A stretch of DNA of 64,000 nt from Setoptus koraiensis (Eukaryota > Animalia > Arthropoda), in assembly GCA_048013815.1 (NCBI GenBank), contig CM106585.1, forward strand, positions 6,758,001 to 6,822,000, written 5' to 3'. Positions 24,467 to 38,350 of this stretch are shown in pieces. Positions within the stretch are counted from its first letter, which is position 1, and each line of letters begins with the position of its first letter. The position numbers were made by a program, and so were the translations under genes. The notes beneath the pieces are model-generated. The model had not been told where the DNA came from. It saw only the letters and a list, made by a program, of their open reading frames with translations, and made no database searches.

Positions 24467-27400
24467 GCTCGCGAGCTGGATATATATAGCCAGAGCTGAT
24501 TGAGCGCTTGCCGTGGCGCGCCGATCGCGCGCCCAAACGAGCGGGCCCCATTTAGGGCTCGCCGGACGCGTGGCAAACTGGCGCAACGGCAAACTGGAGG
24601 CGCCCCACTTGTGCTTGCCGCCGCGTTCAATATCAAAACCGAAATTCGTGTCACACAAGCGATTTAGAAATTTTTTGCGACCTCGCCATTTATACTCGTG
24701 TCTACTTGTGTGTCAGGCCGGCCCCCTGGCCCTTTTTTCCTTCTTTGCTGGATATCGAGCCGCAGCGCCGCCTCTGTCGGTCAATATCCAGCCAGCCGAG
24801 CGCTAATGGGGCGCCGTCGGCCGCCACTAGGTGAGCCAGTCGAACACGAAGGATGTTCCGCCGGCCCCATTGCCGGCAGTTGGCGGCCCCGGTCGCTGGC
24901 TGGCTGTCATGTTAGCCAGTGCGGTCATTGTGTATCATGTTATATTATCATTTATATGTTGTTGTTGTTGTTGTTGCGTGGCATCATTATATTTGTTGCT
25001 GCTTGTTGTGTTGTTTGTCCGCTGGCGCCGTTATGGTTGCTGTCGCTGTTGTTGTCGTCGTCGTTGGTGGCGCGGTTGTTGTCGGGCGCTCATTGTCGCC
25101 ACACAAAAGCATGTTGACACAGCAGCAACTACGACAACAACAACAGCAGCAACCACGACAACAACAGCAACTGCGACAACAGCGGCAACTGCGACAACAG
25201 CAGCAACTGCGACAACAACAGCGCCAACGACAAATGCAAGCGATGCGCCCACTTGCCGGATGGCGCCCGCGCAGCCAACCGCCGGGGCGCCCGCGTCGCC
25301 AGTGGCGAGCGGCCAAGGCAAACAAGCTTTGCGACCAGCGGCCTCGCCGCTGATATTCATTCATTGATGCCGATGATATCCATGAATACTGAGCAACCGT
25401 CATGGGCGCCGTTTATAAATAGACGGGCGGCGCTTGTGTGCACCGCCAGCCAGCCAGCCAGCCAGCCAGCCGCGCCAACAACGGGGCCCCACCAACACAC
25501 GCCCCCGGCGGAGCCACTAATTATGCCCTGGCCGCTGCCATGTTGTATTATGTGCACCGTTGTCCGCAGCATGATATCCGCAGTATGATATTTGCAGTGC
25601 GCCCTATCAGCGGTGCGATATCCGCAATGCGATATTCGTGGCAGTATGATATGAGCGGTGCGGATCCGCAGTGTGCGATATCCGTGGCATAATGGCGCCC
25701 AAAAGTAGGTGCCTCTAACAATGTCAAATGAGCACAAACAGACCGAATAAACACAAAGCAAACTGCGCGTGTATCGTTGCGATATGCAACGAGATCGGGT
25801 GCCCGTGGCGAGCAGCCGATATGCAGATAGATACATATTTATTTTATTTTGGCTACAATCAATGACTTGATGAGCCGTCCCGCCGCTAATGATGCCCGCG
25901 TGCAACGAGCAAACAACCTCTCGGGGGCCACTTGCCGACCGAGCGCCGGGCCGGCGCAAACTGCATGCCTAGCGCCGGGTATCGGGAGCTCACAATTGGA
26001 TAATAATCGATGTTTGAACAATAAACTCACTGGCCTGAAATTGGCCAGACGAATTTTGGGATGGCGAGCCGCCGGGCGACTGGCGAACGCGGCGCACGCG
26101 AAAGCAGAAAATAAGCCAATAAGAGGCCCGAAGGAGGCCGGAAGGAGGCCCGAAAGAGGCCCAGAAGAGTCGCACAAACTTCGGTGATGGATTAGGCCAT
26201 CGAAAGGGAAACATCGAGAGGGCACCCTAATCACGAGGCTGGACCCTCGGTGTGGAGTGTGCGCCCAGTGGCCGGCCAGACACTGTTGGCCCGAGGAGGC
26301 TCGGCGAAAGCCAAACAGTTTGAAGAAACTAGTGATCGTGTTTCTTCAAGAAACGGATGAGCCAGAGCGGTGAAAGTTGCGCTGAATTTGAATCCACGAA
26401 CGGATATCCAGCAATGGATATCAATATGAAACTGCCCGAGAGTGACTCAGGTGAATGCATGCACCCAGTCTGCACCTATATGCTCAGCTAGATCAGCGTA
26501 CAACCACCCGAACTGTATCATCCGGCTCGGATTATCCGAGTGGGATATTCATACGCAGTGCACGCGAGAACAAAGTGGTGGCTGCTTGTGAATTTCGACC
26601 AGGCGAATTCATGTTGCAATGTTATGCAACAAACAGCTACAAGATTGTTGTTTGCGACATTACGGTCAGCGGCAACAATTATGGCCGCTCCAACGTACCC
26701 GCCGGCCAGTCGACGGCGTATGCCTTTTCGGCCATGACCATGACCAGCGGACCAGCGGGCCGACGGCTGGCGCCGCTCGAAAGTCGGCGGCCCGCTGGCG
26801 AGTGGCGACTCTCGACTGGGCGCTCGGGACTCGCGACTCGGGACGGCTTGTCGTCGGAAGAGCGCCGCTGTTATTACTGTCGGGCCGGGCATAGTTGTTG
26901 CCATTACTTGCAGTGGTTGTTGTTGTTGTTTATGTGGGCACCGAAGCGCGTCTGAGAGTGTTGTGTGGCGCCGCTGGGCCTCTACACTCTAGAGTCTAGA
27001 GCGTTGTGTCTATGGCAGCGAGTCGAGTGTTGTCAGGCATAATAAGAAGTACCCGAGAGAAGCGCCCAGAGAAGCTTCTTATTCGCTTCTTTGAATCGAA
27101 ATAATGATTCTCTGTGTGTCTCGGTTTTGTTCTTGGTCCCCTTTTTTGGGGCCCGCTTGTGATGGCGACTCGGCGGATACTCGGCGCGCGGGCGACTCGG
27201 CGGATTCGCGGCGCACTGGCTAGGCTGGGCCTGAGCCAGCGGCAACAATGGATCGCGAGCCCACAACAATGCAGCAGATGCGCCCGGCCGGATCCCGGCC
27301 GACGGCTCTGGCTGGCGGCGGCCAGTCGAGGCTCGCTGCAGCCTGCAGAGACGCTCTGAAGCCGGCTGCGGGGCCGGCTCTGAACTTCACACTGTGAAGT

Positions 27401-27789
27401 TCACAGTCTGGAGCCAGCCCGAAGCGGCGCCCGAGCGCCCGTTTGTATCAACCCCCACGGTGTGCGTTATGGGTTATGGTTATGGCTTTTGGGGTTATGT
27501 TGTTCATCATCGTGTCGTCGTTGTTTGCAGAGAGAAATTTCTCCCTTGCGCCTCCCTCTCCCGTCGCTCTCCGTTGCGCCCGTTTGCGGAGCGAGAGCAC
27601 TATCTGGGCGTGCTTCGTTGCGCGGAATCGCAGCCAGACTCTGGCTCTCTGGCTGCCGGAGAGCCAAAGTCCGGGGCCCCGCGCGACCGGACCAGCGGCC
27701 TCTCCGGCTAGCTGCTGGCCGGTTATTCGAGCAATCCAAGCCGCCGCCATTATCTGCCACTAACCAGCCGACTGGCCGCCCACCAGCCA

Positions 27790-27948
27790 GCCGATTCGCC
27801 AGCAAATAACCGGCCGACTCGCCAGCAAATAACCGGCCGACTCGCCAGCAAATAACCGGCCGACTCGCCAGCAAATAACCGGCCGACTCGCCAGCAAATA
27901 ACCGGCCGACTCGCCAACAACTAACCGGCCGACTCGCCAACAACTAAC
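27790..27948. repeat. Minisatellite, 23-bp unit GCCGACTCGCCAGCAAATAACCG x ~7
   Basis: Direct reading; the last two copies carry the variant CAACAACTAAC. Confidence 0.95.
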
Positions 27949-28436
27949 TAGGTTAGCAGCGCAGACAGACCGACTGACTATTATGAGTATTATTGCGCGT
28001 GTTGCTGGCGCGCTGGCGAGATAAGCCAACCAGAAGCACGCGCTGTGTCGTACACCCAACTACCAGCCGGTAACTAGGTTAGTTTGGGGCCGGTCGCAAT
28101 TGAAAATTCAATTCTCGCTTGCCAGCTCATTAGATGCGTGAGTGGAAACTTGCACGAGCCGATAAAGTTTATCGTCGTCGCGGCCGCATCATTTGGCCTG
28201 CGATTGGCGCTCGATTGGGGCCCGTGCCCGAGCGCAAACTTTGCGCACTTTATCTGTCTGTTTACGCTCTGTCTGTTGTTGTCGCCCATTATTGTCCGGC
28301 GAGCCCTGAATTGGGCCCGAAAACATAACTTGTTAGCTTAACTGTTAACTTAACTGTTCCCTTTGCAAGTACCTGATTGAGAGCGCCTCTTAATGACAGA
28401 TGACGAGCGCCAATCGTTGCGCGAACAAGTGGCGCC

Positions 28437-28511
28437 AATGTCGCTAGCCGTGAATGTCGCTAGTCGCGAATGTCGCTAGTCGCGAATGTCGCTAGTCGCG
28501 AATGTCGCTAG
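28437..28511. repeat. Minisatellite, 16-bp unit AATGTCGCTAGTCGCG x ~4.7
   Basis: Direct reading. Confidence 0.9.
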
Positions 28512-31500
28512 GCGCTTGTCGCCAATTCCATGCTAGCAAAGTATTGCTGCGTTGGGGTGCCCGCACTGTGCAGACAGCCAACACTGTGCCTGTTGTGCGC
28601 CAATGCGACACGACAGGCAATGTGTCAAAATGCTTATCAACGAACCGAGTCGCCAGTTATGTAACAACATCTTACGCAACAACAACATGAACAGCTCGCA
28701 CTTAATTTATCGCCCTAGGAATGTCGCCCCTGTCGGCGAAATGTCGCAACGTTGTCGCACACAGATTGACAGGGCCCGCCGATGGGTCGATGACCCGGCG
28801 CACTGATTGATTCAGTGGCGTGCTGGCACTCGAAACATTGGGGCAGCATTGGGGCCCGCCATTAAAAGCATTTGGAGATGACAATAATTACAAAACTTGT
28901 GTGTATCATTTGACTTGCGCTTGGCGAATGCTCCAATGATAGATGGCGCGTTTATTTGTCCCTCACCATTCATTATTAACGTCCGTCTAGATGATCGGGC
29001 ACACAGAGTGCAGACTCTCGATCAATGTAATGGCCGCCCAAGGGGCCCTTGCATCAACCAGCTCGACTGGGCGAGACAACGAGCGGCTTGCAGTGGTCGC
29101 CTCAATCGAGATATAGCCGGCCAGCGGGGCGCCCCAGCGTTTCGCCGGGCAGCCTGGTGGTCGTTTCTCTAGTTGTGTCGTGCGCCAGCTACGTAACTGG
29201 CGATTAACACACAACAACAGCAGCAACAGCGACAGTTATGCAACTGTTGTTGTTGCTGTGTGACATGTCGGGCCGGAAAGTCACGTCAAGTAGCTCGATA
29301 GTGGCGGGACGAGATTACTTTGGGCGGACTTGTGTTTATTTTCGTGGGCCCCAGCACGGTGCTGGCAGCACCTAGCTCTGGTGCCCGATTCCTTGTCAGC
29401 TGGCCGCGATATCTGGCCGGCCGGCCGACCGGCCGGCTGGCTGGCCGGCAGCAGTTTTGCATGGCGGCCCGCGGGCTTGCGACTGTGTCCGCGACGTGCG
29501 GCAGCGCCGCCGGTGCCCACGGTGATGGCGGCAACGCGGCCATACGACCGGCGTGATTTTGCTAATGCCCGCTAATGCCATTAGCGAGCCATCTCTGCCA
29601 CAACCAAAAATACCTATTTGTGGCCCATGTGGCTATTGTCTGGCTGCCCCTGGCCACTGGCCGCAGCAGATTAGCGACTGCGGCCCAACCGGAAACCGAC
29701 CTGACAGCGGCCATCGGTTGCAGCGGGCAGCCAGCCGATGACCATTGATTGGTCTATCAACTTGCGGCGGTCGCTAATTGGACATTTTCCCCCGGAGCAA
29801 ACGTTTTGGCGGGCTTGCTGCGGGGGCCCACTTGAGGCCAGCACCACGGCGCGTGTGTGTGCTTGGGCATACTGCAGCTCGTATGCGCGAGCCATTATAC
29901 GAGCTGCAATATGCCCAAAATACCTCCAGAATACCCGCTTCGGCGGCAGCGCGTAAGCGGCAGCCACCGAAGCCCATTTCAGGCCAGCGGAATCTGTCCG
30001 AATTTCAGACCCTGAAACGTATCTAAGCGCGTATCGATCGCTGTAAATTTATGGTGAGTGAATTTATGGTTTTATCGCCATGAGAGTGAATGGCAGTTTG
30101 GGGCTACCGGCGAGCCCAAAATGCGGCGTGCCCGCGAGTATCGCATGCACTTGCCGACCGCCAACTGACAGTTGCAAGCCGACAGCTGACAGTTGCGAGC
30201 TGACCGATACATTGCGCCCGCATTCGACTGGGGGCCCCCGACGGCCAATTGGGCCGGTGGCGCAAATTTATGAGGCCCCGCTCGCCAACTGAACTGTTCC
30301 GTTCTAAATTCACGCGTGAATCCGGAGCAGTCCGGCAGTTCATTCTGCACACTGCACGCTGTCACTTGCCGACATTGCGGCGCCTCGGCTGCAGCCTGCA
30401 GACCCAAGCGAGAATTTGCGACAACTGGGGCCCCATCGTTGCCAGTGCGTTGTATGACGGGGGGCCCCGACATAACGGACACTGGACACTGGCCAGCTCG
30501 CCGGCCCGCCGACCTGGCAAGTGGCAAATTGATTGCGTGTCAAACAACAATAATCCTGTTTATCATCATGATTTGGGGTGTGTCGTATGCGCGCCAAGCG
30601 GGCCCCAGTGCGCGCCGCCAGCTGCCAAATTGGCAGTTGTTGGCGGCCGTTGTAATTGATTGTAACGGCGTACTTTTTAACACCACCGCCAGTGGCCATC
30701 GATACAACCCACGCCCATGCCCGCGAGATACCTGAGCTGAGTTGCCGTCGCTACTTCTAGCAAGTGGCCAGGCCAACTTGCGAGGCGACGTGATCACGTG
30801 ATAATTAAGGGGCCCCGTTTGGCTGGTTGGAACTTTGGTTGGAAGCGTCGGCGACCCCTGGCGAATGTTTGAAAGAGAATGTTGAAATCCAGACGAACAA
30901 ACCGCCGGCCGTCCATATCCGCTCGCGTCTGACCCCGGCCAGCCGGCCAACGCTGAACAGGGGCGGATGTAAGCCGCGTTTGGCCGCGCGTCGATACAAT
31001 CGAAATTGGATCTGGCAATTTGGCCCGGTTTTGAATTACTCTCAAACAACAAACAGGCCAGCAAACAGATAAACGAGCCACCCCGAGCCACACCTAAAAG
31101 TTTCGGGCGAAAAGTTTCAGGCCGAAAGTCGGCCTCGGCTCGGGCGCGACTTTGGGGCGCTCGCTGGCTCGCCCGGCCCGCCATTCGGCTCGGCGTGGCT
31201 CGTTTTCAAGCCGGGATGCGCCCAAGAACCCGTGGCGCTCGCCGGTGTCGTTGCTGGCGTCGCTGCGCCATTGGGGCCAGTCCGCAATTGTCCCTGTTTC
31301 GCCAAAAACAAATTGGCGGGCCCAAATATTTGGATTGTGCGTTCGCGCCCGGCTGTGCCCGATATGCGTGATGCGGTTTTGCCAGTTTCGCCCGCTTTGC
31401 CAGTCCGCATGCTGGCCCCAATTGCACAGTGGTCATTTGGACCGTGCCCTTACAGTATCGCAAAGTATCGCTTGGGATTGTATAAATTTGCGCCGCTGGC

Positions 31501-34500
31501 AACGCTGCAAATTTATATAATCTCCGCTCCAACTGGAAACTTTTCAACCCAAGCGACCCGCCGCCAGTCAGCCGGCCAGCCGACCCCAAAAGCCGACATA
31601 TCACCGAAATACGGCGGCGCGTATCGCTATTTCGCGTGCCACGAGGCTCTCCGGCGGCAACCAGTACGCCAATTGAACGAGAGCGTGCACGAGCTCCGCT
31701 CGTGCAATTAATCGGGGCCCCAGCGCCAAAATCGCTTTGTTGTGTGTGTGTGTGCCAGACGCGAAATTATTATTATTTTATTATTATCATATCTGATTTT
31801 TGAATTACATCTATATGAATGTTGCCTGTTTACAGGCTGCGGGCTCGTGGCGCCTCGTGTGCCACATGCCGTGCACGCCGGGCGCCCCAATTCCACCGAT
31901 ACGCACTGCGGCGCGGTTTACGGCTGGGCCGGGCCAGCCGCAAACGTTGGGGCTCGTCCCCATTGGGCCCAGTGCGAGTGTTCGCGAGTCGGCCCAGAGA
32001 TTGTTCATTCATCATTTTGTCGCCCCAGTTGCATTGGCCTCGCCGGCCGGCTGCCGGCCATTGGTCGCTGGCAAATAATTGATTTTCGACGCCAAGACGA
32101 AGCCGAATCTCTCTGCGCTCGCCGGATATATTCAGCATGCCAATTCAACTGGCGCCCGTCGAGCCGCTTCAATCAGATCGCTGATTATCGGACTCTGATT
32201 ATCGGACTGGCAAGTTGCAAGCAACGCTGTTTGGCGCGCCGCGCGGGCCCCAATTTGGTCCGCAAAGCGCACACAAAAAGAAGCAAGCGAAACGGAAACA
32301 CTTGCCGCTGGATGTCGCAGCGGGCACAATTTTGGGATTTGGCGATTTTGCTGACTGGGCCAATTTGGGCAACTCTCACTCATCATCGACACACTGTCAG
32401 CCAGTGCCGTCTGGGCGCCATCACACAGAGACGGGGCCCCTAATGAGTTTTGCTGCACTCTGCTGTTTGCCGATAGTGCCCAGTTAGCAAACAAACAAGT
32501 TGCCTTATTTAATAAAGCAACTTGTGCTCTCTCAGCTGGCCCCAAAAAAGGGCCCCAGTAGAAATGGAAATTGTGCGCCATTTGTAATGCATGTCGTAAT
32601 ATAGCCGTCGCACGGATATACCGTGTCTTCGCTTGCCGCGGATCCGCGCCGGCCCGGCGCGACTCAACTCGACCCGGCCCGACACGACTCAACTCGACTC
32701 GGCTCGACGCGACTCGAGTTGGCGCCTTGCGGGCCGTCGTGGTCGCGCCGCCTGGCGGCCCCCGGCTTGTTGCAGGCCCTGTCCATATGGGGACCCATTA
32801 CAATGCACAAAATTGTGATTTATGCGCCGATTCTCCGGCGTTCGTTTGCAAACATCAATCGGGTCAGATGGTGTCGTGAGAGCGGCGAGTGTGGGCAGAT
32901 AATTATTTTCGAGCCGCTGTGCGTAGTTTCGCACTGTGCATCACGGGCACTGGTCGGCGGCGCCGGGCCGGCCATTATCCGAGCGGGCGCTAACGAGCGA
33001 CGGGCGAGCTGCCAGGGCCCGCAGCCACCGTTGCCGCTACCACTATCCATTACCCGCCATCCATTATCCGATATATTCAGATAAACAGATAGCTGCTGGG
33101 GGCCACAAAGCGGCCCAGTGCCAGCGCGAGAGCCGCCAGCGAGATTGTTTCTCGGATAAAATTTGATCAGATTACTTTGGTTGCTGCTTAAAGTTTAAGT
33201 TGCAGTGTTAGTGTCAGCTATCAACGCTATTCAGTTAGCGCCCCTTCAGATCGTCGTCGGCGTCTCAAGATCGCGTCTAGTCGCCAAAGTATCTGAGTGT
33301 TAACAGTGTCTGAAAATAGTTCCATTAATTTATATGAACAGTGCAACGCCGTTTGAGTGGCCCCCGCTCGAACGGGCGCTAACCGGCGAGCACGAGATTC
33401 GCGCGCGGGGCCCCTCGAAAGGGGTCAATCAGTAATCAGCGATGACGACAACAGCGCCATTTCGCACACGCCGGCAAGTGTGGCGCCTCAAGTTGGTTGG
33501 CACTTCTTTGGGGTCCTCACAAGCTGGGGCTCACACGCAGGCAATCTAGGAGCACGTTCTTCGTGAGCCCAGTTAATATGGGATAATAATCAAACTGTAG
33601 ATGATATCGAACCGTGTATGATATCAAACTGGGATCTCTCTATTTATATACTATTTATTTTGTATTTATCCGACTGTCTCTATTAAAAGCAAAAGCACTT
33701 ACACACCGGGATGCTGGCGGCGCTTGTCGCAACTATCGGCGCCACTATTGGCGCCACTATTGTGGCCCATTGTGGGGCGCCATTGTGCCGCACAATGTCA
33801 GCCTGGCTCCGGCTGCCAGGCTCGGGCTGCCGGACTCTGGCTGCCCGAGATCGAGTGCATTAGGCCTGGCGAGATCTATCATCGTTCGGCAAGGGGGCCT
33901 CTATCAAATTGAGTCAAGATATAACTCACAGTCAGCGGGCCGCGGAGAGCTTACAAATGCTGCGGCGGCGCCGGCCAGATTAGGGCTGTGCCGCACGAGC
34001 GAAACTGCACGGTCTGCGCAATTGGGGCCCCGTAGAGTCTCTGGCATAGACACGCGGCAACCAGCGCGAAAGTCGCTAGGTGCCCCTCGCGCGGAATCTC
34101 CATTTTAGAGGAGGGCCGGCCCGCCGTTGGCCTCGCTACTGGCCGCACACAAGCCGCACGAGCCGCACGAACCCCGCGAGCCGGCCAAGGTGTTCCAGAG
34201 ATGGGGCCCGAGATACCGGCGATCTCAGAGATAGAGACTCTCTATTAGAGGGGCCCCTTTGTGGACTCTACAATGTAGACTCTGCAATGTAGAGGCGTCG
34301 GCGGCGCTACGTTCGAGAGATTTGGACGAGGGGCGCCGGCAATAACAAGCGCCCATGTAGAGACAATTTTGAGCCGGCGCTCGGGGGCCAGTTCATTAAA
34401 TAGCATTCAGAGACCGACTGGCACAATCATACTTTAATACACTGCCCGTGGCTCGTCATCGCAACTAGCGCAACCACCGACCAAGCAAGCAAGCAAGCGA

Positions 34501-35317
34501 CTGGGCAATGACGCAACGTCTCGGGCCGCGTCTCGCCCGCTCTTGCCCGATCGTCTCGTTGTGTGCGTGTCTCGCGGGCACCCAATCTTGCGTTTGTTGG
34601 CGCGACCGAGCGCGGCGCCCACAATAACGCGCTCACACTCAATTTCCAAACAAGAGCCAACAACAGCAAATATCAAATATTATATTGAATATCCAGCAAA
34701 CAATATCGGATGGCGCGACCATCGTAGTGGGCGCCGTCAGCAGTCGCTGTTGCCTTTGCACCCTTTCGACCCGTCGTTTGCACCTGAAGGGGCCCGCCTG
34801 AAGATGGCGCCGGCGAGTGTCGAGCTGGGCCCACAAGCGAGCGCACACTCGGCGCACAGCCAGGCCCCAATCGGCGGCCAAGAGATCACTGTGATGATCA
34901 CCACTAGGAATTTCGTAGGACGAATAGCCAAGAGATGGCTATCTCTGGCAAATTCTCTGGCTTGCAACTCGTTTGTTGGGCTCGCTTTTGGCTGGCTGCC
35001 GGTGGGCTGCCGGCGTGCTGCTGGCGTGCTGCTGGCGGGCTGCTGGCGGGCTGAAATTGCGAAATTGGGGCCCCAAACGAGCGCACATTGTGTATATTGT
35101 GATAGGGGAACGCATTCATCCATGTCCAATTTTGTGTGCCCGGTGCCCCGCAAATTCACTTGCCGGCGCCACTGGCAAGTGAATTCACTCACAGGTGGTA
35201 CGAGCACGACGGCTATCGCTGGCTGTCACTCTCATAACACCTATTATCCAATTGGTTGCCAATTCGAATAATGCACGCGCACATCTTTATATGCAATCTA
35301 TATATGGCTGGCATATC

Positions 35318-35443
35318 CGCGCCGGCCTCATATATCCATATAAGCAGCGCGCCGGCCTCATATATCCGCATAAACAGCGCGCCGGCCTCATATATCCGCA
35401 TAAACAGCGCGCCGGCCTCATATATCCACATAAACAGCGCGCC
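35318..35443. repeat. Minisatellite, 30-bp unit GCGCGCCGGCCTCATATATCCGCATAAACA x ~4
   Basis: Direct reading. Confidence 0.92.
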
Positions 35444-36530
35444 ATAAACAGCTATGGCACCTATGTGCGCCAGTATAGGCACCTATAGGCGCCCGTACCT
35501 GCGACAGTCCGCGCCACAATGAGCACAAAGGCAACACAAAGCGGCCAATGTCGTACGCTCGTGATTTGGGGCCCCACTGGCCGGCTGCGATATTGGGGCC
35601 CCAATGGCTGCCACACTGGCTGCCTAATACACACGGGCTGCCTAATACACATCGGCACGACGAGACGACAATGGCTGGTCCACCAGCGGCCAGCAATCCA
35701 TTCTATTGAAATTTACCGTTTAATTAAACAATTACAGTTGCTTCACTGACCAAGTGGGTCGCATTCAATGGGGCTCAATGGGCGCCGTTATTGCGCCAGT
35801 TTCGCTCAACGCAGTCGTCGCCCGCTGCAACGGCCAAATGAGCCAATTATTGCCCACGCTTGCCACGGGTACAACGTGCCCACTGCGGCAAGCGGTCTTG
35901 CCGCGTCCACTTTATGCACTGAGAGCAAATAAATATCGAGCGAGCGGAAGCGATCGGCGCAACACTTTCAAATGCCTTTCGACGAGATAATCGCCGGCCC
36001 GCGAGCCTCGTCGCCCGACACTTTTTGCCGGCGCGTATTCAAATCGTGCGCGGCCGCGGGGCCGGCTCGAACGGGCCGGCCCGTGCCCCGAGTTGCCGCA
36101 CGCTCGCCGCGCACCGACAAACCGCGACAAACCGCGACACTGTCCGACAGTGACTGTCGCAGCGGGCTGACAACTGCGCCAAAAACAACGACAACAACCC
36201 AAAAGCGGCGACAACAACCCAAAACGGCTCGTGCACGGCGCGCATTATCCGTGACCGCCAATGAGCAATTGCAACAGGAAGCCCCGATGATGACATACTT
36301 GATCTGATTGTCGCCGCGCACGAGCCAGCCGGCCGGCCGCGAATTCGGGCTCGGTTTGTTTCTCAGTTTGTCGGTGGGGCCCGCGGCTTTATCTGGTCGC
36401 AAGCGCGTCGCAAGTGGCCGCGTTGCGTGAGTATTAATACATCTCGATGGCCACTAATGGCAAATTGAAGAGCCCGACGCGAGATAAGTGCCCGTGCACC
36501 CGATTCGCCCAGCCTAGCGCCTATCGGCCG

Positions 36531-36637
36531 GGCCGGCGTATATCGGCCAGCGTAGTGGCCGGCGTATATCGGCCGTGTAGTGGCCGGCGTATATCGGCCG
36601 TGTAGTGGCCGGCGCATATCGGCCGTGTAGTGGCCGG
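36531..36637. repeat. Minisatellite, 25-bp unit GGCCGGCGTATATCGGCCGTGTAGT x ~4, with internal inverted repeat GGCCG/CGGCC
   Basis: Direct reading. Confidence 0.9.
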
Positions 36638-37464
36638 AATATGGCATTAAATCAGACCGAGCCGAGCCGAGCCAGCCAGCGAGTGAGCTGCCGGCCTGGC
36701 CATTATCTCTCGATGGCAGGCCCTGCGCGGCCAATGATCACACAAGAGAATTTATGTTTCTACTCCGTCTCTCTACAAATAAGCTATTTAACTGGCCACT
36801 TTGGGGCCCGTCCCTCTACTGGCCAGTGGCCACTTGGAGAGCTTGCGCTGGCCACGCCAATCAAAGCAAACTTTTATCTCCACTGTTGTGAGCTGTTCAC
36901 GCAACGGCCCAGCCGAACCAGTTACAAAACACGCCGGACACACTGAGTGTACATGGTTGCAAGTTGCCAATCTCGAGAGAGCTTCGCCAGTTGCCGATCG
37001 CAACTGGCGACGGATCGAAGCGGATCAATTCGAAGCCGCTCTGTTGAATTATTGCCATCGGTGCTCGGTCGGCTGGCAGCCGGATGACAGAGCGCACAGA
37101 CTCGTTGTCTGGTTGGCCGTCCGTCACACGGACGGCCAACCAGACAACCAAAACAAAACTAAAACAAAGCAGCAAACAAAGCGAAACAAACGCGCCAGAT
37201 CAACTGGCCGGGCCGGCTCAAGTGGCGCCAACTAGATCCGCTTCGGGCCTGCCTCGCCAGCGAGCCTCTGAGAGACGCGGCCGGAATATTTGTTCGGCGC
37301 GCCTACAGGCCCACTTGCAGGCCGGTCGGGCCGTCGCCGGTCCGGGGCCCGCGACACGGGACACAGGCAAGAGTAGCCTCAATCATCTAGGGCGGCCGCG
37401 ATAATGTTGAACGCGACCGATATTGTGCTGTATAAAATTATCAATAATATCACGTGTCGATTGC

Positions 37465-37540
37465 TTGTTGTTGTTGCTGTTGTTGTTGCTGTTGTTGCTG
37501 TTGTTGCTGTTGTTGCTGTTGTTGCTGTTGTGGTTGCTGT
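37465..37540. repeat. (GTTGTTGCT)n trinucleotide-derived repeat
   Basis: Direct reading. Confidence 0.88.
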
Positions 37541-38350
37541 GCGCGATAACAACTGGTCACTCTGATTGGCCAAGCGGCCACTGCGAACTGGCCCACCGAC
37601 CAGACTCTGGTCACTAGAGCGATTTAATTGAAGTTTGAACTCGAGTTGCCCGATCGCTCGCGGCCGCCAGCCTGCTGCTCGATTGACCAACAACTGGCGT
37701 CGCTCAATTCAGCTGGGCAAAAATTCAGTATAATATTATAAATATTAAAAGCGAGCCCTCTGTCGCCCCCTTTGGGCCTCATCCCCGCTCCGAGCCCCGT
37801 CGTCGTGTCTCGTCCGTGCACACCAACAGATTGCCTGATTATGCAACGACAGATTTCGAGCCAAATTTGAATAATGACAACAATGCACTAAAGTGTGCTC
37901 GAATTGGCCTGGCTCGCGGCCCATTATTCATGCCAGTGTCGACACGCGGCGGACAGTGCACTCATTAGGGGCCTCTCACACGTGCTGGCCTTGGATTGGT
38001 CGTATTAGGTTTTAGGCACCGGCGAGCAGGCCAATTTCGGCTGGTATAAATAAAATATTTATTTATTTATTTCGTTTGTTTAGTGTGCGGCTAGCCAGCT
38101 GAATAATCGCTCGCACAGGCCAAGTCATCATGGTGTGCTTTTCGCCAGCTAGGCCGCAATAATGATTGATAATTGAAAATGATTAGCCCAATTGCATCGA
38201 TTGATCACGAGAGAGAGAGCGAGAGGGCGATTGGGCGATTGGGGCCCCCGAAATGGGGCCGAAATTGCGCGAGTCATGTCTGGCCCCATCTCAAATGGCC
38301 GGCTGTTTTCATTATCGCCTCGCTCGCTTCGTGCGGGCCCCCGGGTTGCC

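Noticed and set aside
26357-26392. GAGCCAGAGCGGTGAAAGTTGCGC resembling group II intron domain V, a hammerhead core or a SECIS
   Set aside because: The upper stem and AGC triad match DV loosely but the lower stem cannot pair. The hammerhead core would need CTGA (here CGGA) and lacks a stem III partner. The SECIS upper helix does not form.
27790-27948. Regular 23-bp (and 19-, 25-, 30-bp) repeats as CRISPR arrays
   Set aside because: Head-to-tail tandem units with no unique spacers, no cas genes, and a eukaryotic context.
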